A stretch of 64,000 bases of DNA from Enoplolaimus lenunculus (lineage: Eukaryota), in contig JASANG010000753.1 of assembly GCA_030248215.1 (NCBI GenBank), positions 186,001 through 250,000 on the forward strand, given 5' to 3'. Position numbers and translations under genes: made by a program. The notes beneath the pieces are model-generated. The model was not told the origin of the DNA and ran no database searches. It worked only from the letters and a program-made list of their open reading frames with translations. This document shows, in pieces, positions 61,339 to 64,000 of the stretch (positions are counted from its first letter, which is position 1; every line of letters starts with the position of its first letter).

Positions 61339-63825
61339 TTGAGAGGAAAAAAAAAAAAACAAAAACACCAAAAAAAAAAACAAAAACACCACCACACAAC
61401 AAAAAACCAAACCCACAAACAAAACAAACTCAGACGGTCTAAAGTTAAACAAACGCATAATAAGAAGCTGATTGCACTTTCGACCCTGAATTCAAAAAGG
61501 TATGTCGCGCTTGATACGTCTAATACTGTTATTAATTTGTCTCATCGTGTGTTGACAGACCTTGAAATGAAAGCGCTAAAACTCGGTCCTAAATTTATTA
61601 TTTTTTCTAATAAAGTTTCTTTTGAGCATATTGTTGTAGAGTGCGAGCTTTTTGCGGATGCAATTCGTAGAATTTGCAAAGTTTCAAATTTACCTAATGA
61701 ATTCAAAACGGAATTTCGTCAAATAGTTTCTGGTACATTGTTCATGTTAAAACGATATAAGAATTTACCTAATGTCCCTAAACCTTATATTTCAGCACTA
61801 AAAAATTTGGCTAATGACAAGACCATTACCATTTCTAAACCTGATAAAGGTAGTGGTTTTGTCATTATGAATAAAAGTGATTACACGAGTAAAGTTTTGA
61901 ATATTTTAGCTGATACTAATACTTTCCAATTAGTAGATGAACAAACTTCAAATTTATACAAATATGTTATAAATTTTGAAGATCAGGTTCGATTTCTTAT
62001 TGTTGAACTACAAAACTTAAAATTATAGATTCGCAGATGGCAAAACTTCTAAACCCAGCTGGTTCGCGCCCTTCGCTCCTTTATGGGTTACCAAAAACCC
62101 ATAAAGAAGGAGTTCCCGTTCGGCCTATAATGTCGGCAGTCGGTTCGGCTTGTCATAATCTTGCTCGCTGGATCGATAGCATTTTGAAACCCTTGAGTAG
62201 TGGTAAGTACTCGGTTCAGTCTTCGTTTGAATTTGTTAAGGAAATTTTACAACAAGATGCTGGTAACGGAGTGATGGTATCGTTTGATGTATCATCACTC
62301 TTTACCAGCATCCCTCTTTTTGAAACTATTCAAATAATCTCTACGGCGGTAAAAAATAAAAAATTAGAAACCGTTATTCCGCATGATCTTCTGATCAAAG
62401 CTGTAAAACTCTGCACCACTGATTTTAAATTTCTTTTCAATGGGGCTGTTTATAAACAAATCGATGGAGTGGCCATGGGGTCGCCCCTCGGGCCAGTCCT
62501 CGCAAATGTTTTTATGGTTCAGTTTGAAAATGAAATTTTTGCCAAAACACCGGTAAATTGTGGGCCCAGGTTTTATCGTCGATATGTTGATGATACCTTT
62601 GCTCTGTTTGATAGTTTCGAATTAGCTCATAATTTCCTATCTATTTTGAATAGTCACCATCCGAAAATTAAATTTACAATTGAGACCGAAAAAGAATGCA
62701 AATTAGCATTTTTGGACGTTTCAATTCAACGTGATCCCCTGATTAAAAAGTTCTCAACTTCAATATACAGGAAACCTACATACTCTAATCAAATTATGAA
62801 TTTTAGTACTTTCATTCCTAAAAGATTCAAAATTAACTTAATTGAATGCTTACTATACCGTTGTTTTGCAATTAGTTCTAGTCAGCATTTAATTCAAGAA
62901 GAGCTATATTTCCTAAAGAATTTGTTTACTATAAACGGTTTCCCGGTTAAGGTTTTTAATATGGCAACGAAAAATTTCTTTAATAGAAAATTTCGTTGCG
63001 ATATATTTCCTCGATCGCTGAACCAATTCTTATCGAATGAATGGCGTGATAATTCTTTACAGAATAGTTCGGACATTCATTCTTATGAAACGTTTAATTT
63101 AGGCTCACAATTTTCATCGACCTCAACTTCTACCTCAGTTACACAGTCTACTGGTAGTTCTTGGATAACGTCGTACAATGCCACGCAAGAATCGACCAGT
63201 AACAAAGCTCAAGAAACAGCAGTTAACGCCGTCCCGGCAAATGGACAGGTAGTTACAAAGCCTGTGTTTCTAATTTTAAAGCTTCCATTTCTGGGTTCGC
63301 ACTCAGCATACCTGAAAAGATGTTTAAGTAATTTATTTAAAAAACATTTTAATGCACCAAATATAGTTTTTAGAATTGTATTTAAAAATTATAGCAGTCT
63401 GGCTAAAATGTTTAAGTTTAAGGATCCGATACCTGACGTCTTGCGTTCAAATGTGATTTATAATTTTACCTGTCCTAACTGTCAGTTAGGCTATGTTGGT
63501 GCTACAAATCGCCAACTTTACCGTCGCATTTGTGAGCACCGCCAGGTTTCTGACAGAACAAATATCTCAACCAATTCAACTTTAAAAATGTCCTCAGCTA
63601 TTTCAAATCATTGTTCTAGTTCAGGACACAATTGTAACGTTTCTGATTTCTGTATAATTGATAGTTGGCCCATAAATTCTTCACATCGGTTCAGTAATGC
63701 GCTTCACATTTTAGAATCAGTGCATATTCGCAATCGCGATCCTAAATTGAACGTCCAGTCAAATTGTTTCCAGTTTAGAATATTCACCTAAAAATAGTAT
63801 ATCACGTTGTGACTCGGTCTATCTG
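61339..63825 (+). mobile_element. Penelope-like retroelement (PLE), RT plus C-terminal GIY-YIG endonuclease, one frameshift near 62009
   Basis: ORFs 61339-62028 and 62037-63791 carry KPDKGSGFVIM, LYGLPKTHK, SFDVSSLFT, GVAMGSPLGPVLAN, RYVDDTF, FLDV and the endonuclease block VIYNFTCPNCQLGYVGATNRQLYRRICEH..H..H..LES. The 3' end runs into (TA)n. The 5' end is A-rich and looks low quality. Confidence 0.95.
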
Positions 63826-63889
<64 letters not shown>

Positions 63890-64000
63890 TATATATTTAT
63901 ATTATATATTCGAAATAATGGAATCAGTTTTATCATAAAAAATTTCAATTTCTAAAAAACCATTTAACCTCTAAATGGTCAGGCAAACGATGTTTAATAG

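Noticed and set aside
62000..62040. Programmed frameshift or two-ORF organisation of the Penelope element
   Set aside because: The inverted copy has the extra T and a continuous frame, so this is a 1-bp deletion or sequencing error.

Overview
AT-rich eukaryotic genomic DNA, very likely from a nematode. The evidence is TTAGGC telomere-type hexamers, TTTTCAG-type 3' splice sites, an nlp-6-type SFxMGFamide precursor and a POFUT2 with the HWRRxDF motif. Five protein-coding genes can be reconstructed by hand with phase-consistent GT-AG introns: POFUT2 (minus, runs off the left edge), an intronless nlp-6-like neuropeptide precursor, a minimal LITAF-domain gene, a REEP5/Yop1 homologue and an LRMDA (C10orf11) homologue. 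The right end holds a Penelope-like retroelement (RT plus C-terminal GIY-YIG) as a head-to-head inverted pair between (TA)n tracts. The rest is densely packed with non-autonomous DNA transposons, tRNA-derived SINE-like repeats and satellites. The most striking structure is a very abundant MITE group (at least 30 copies or fragments by eye) with GGCC termini and 8-bp target-site duplications (Merlin-like), whose interior is built from the telomeric repeat (TTAGGC)n. Second is a 25-bp intronic satellite that lays about 37 tandem TTTTCAG splice-acceptor motifs on the sense strand of LRMDA. All homology calls are from recalled motifs, not database searches.
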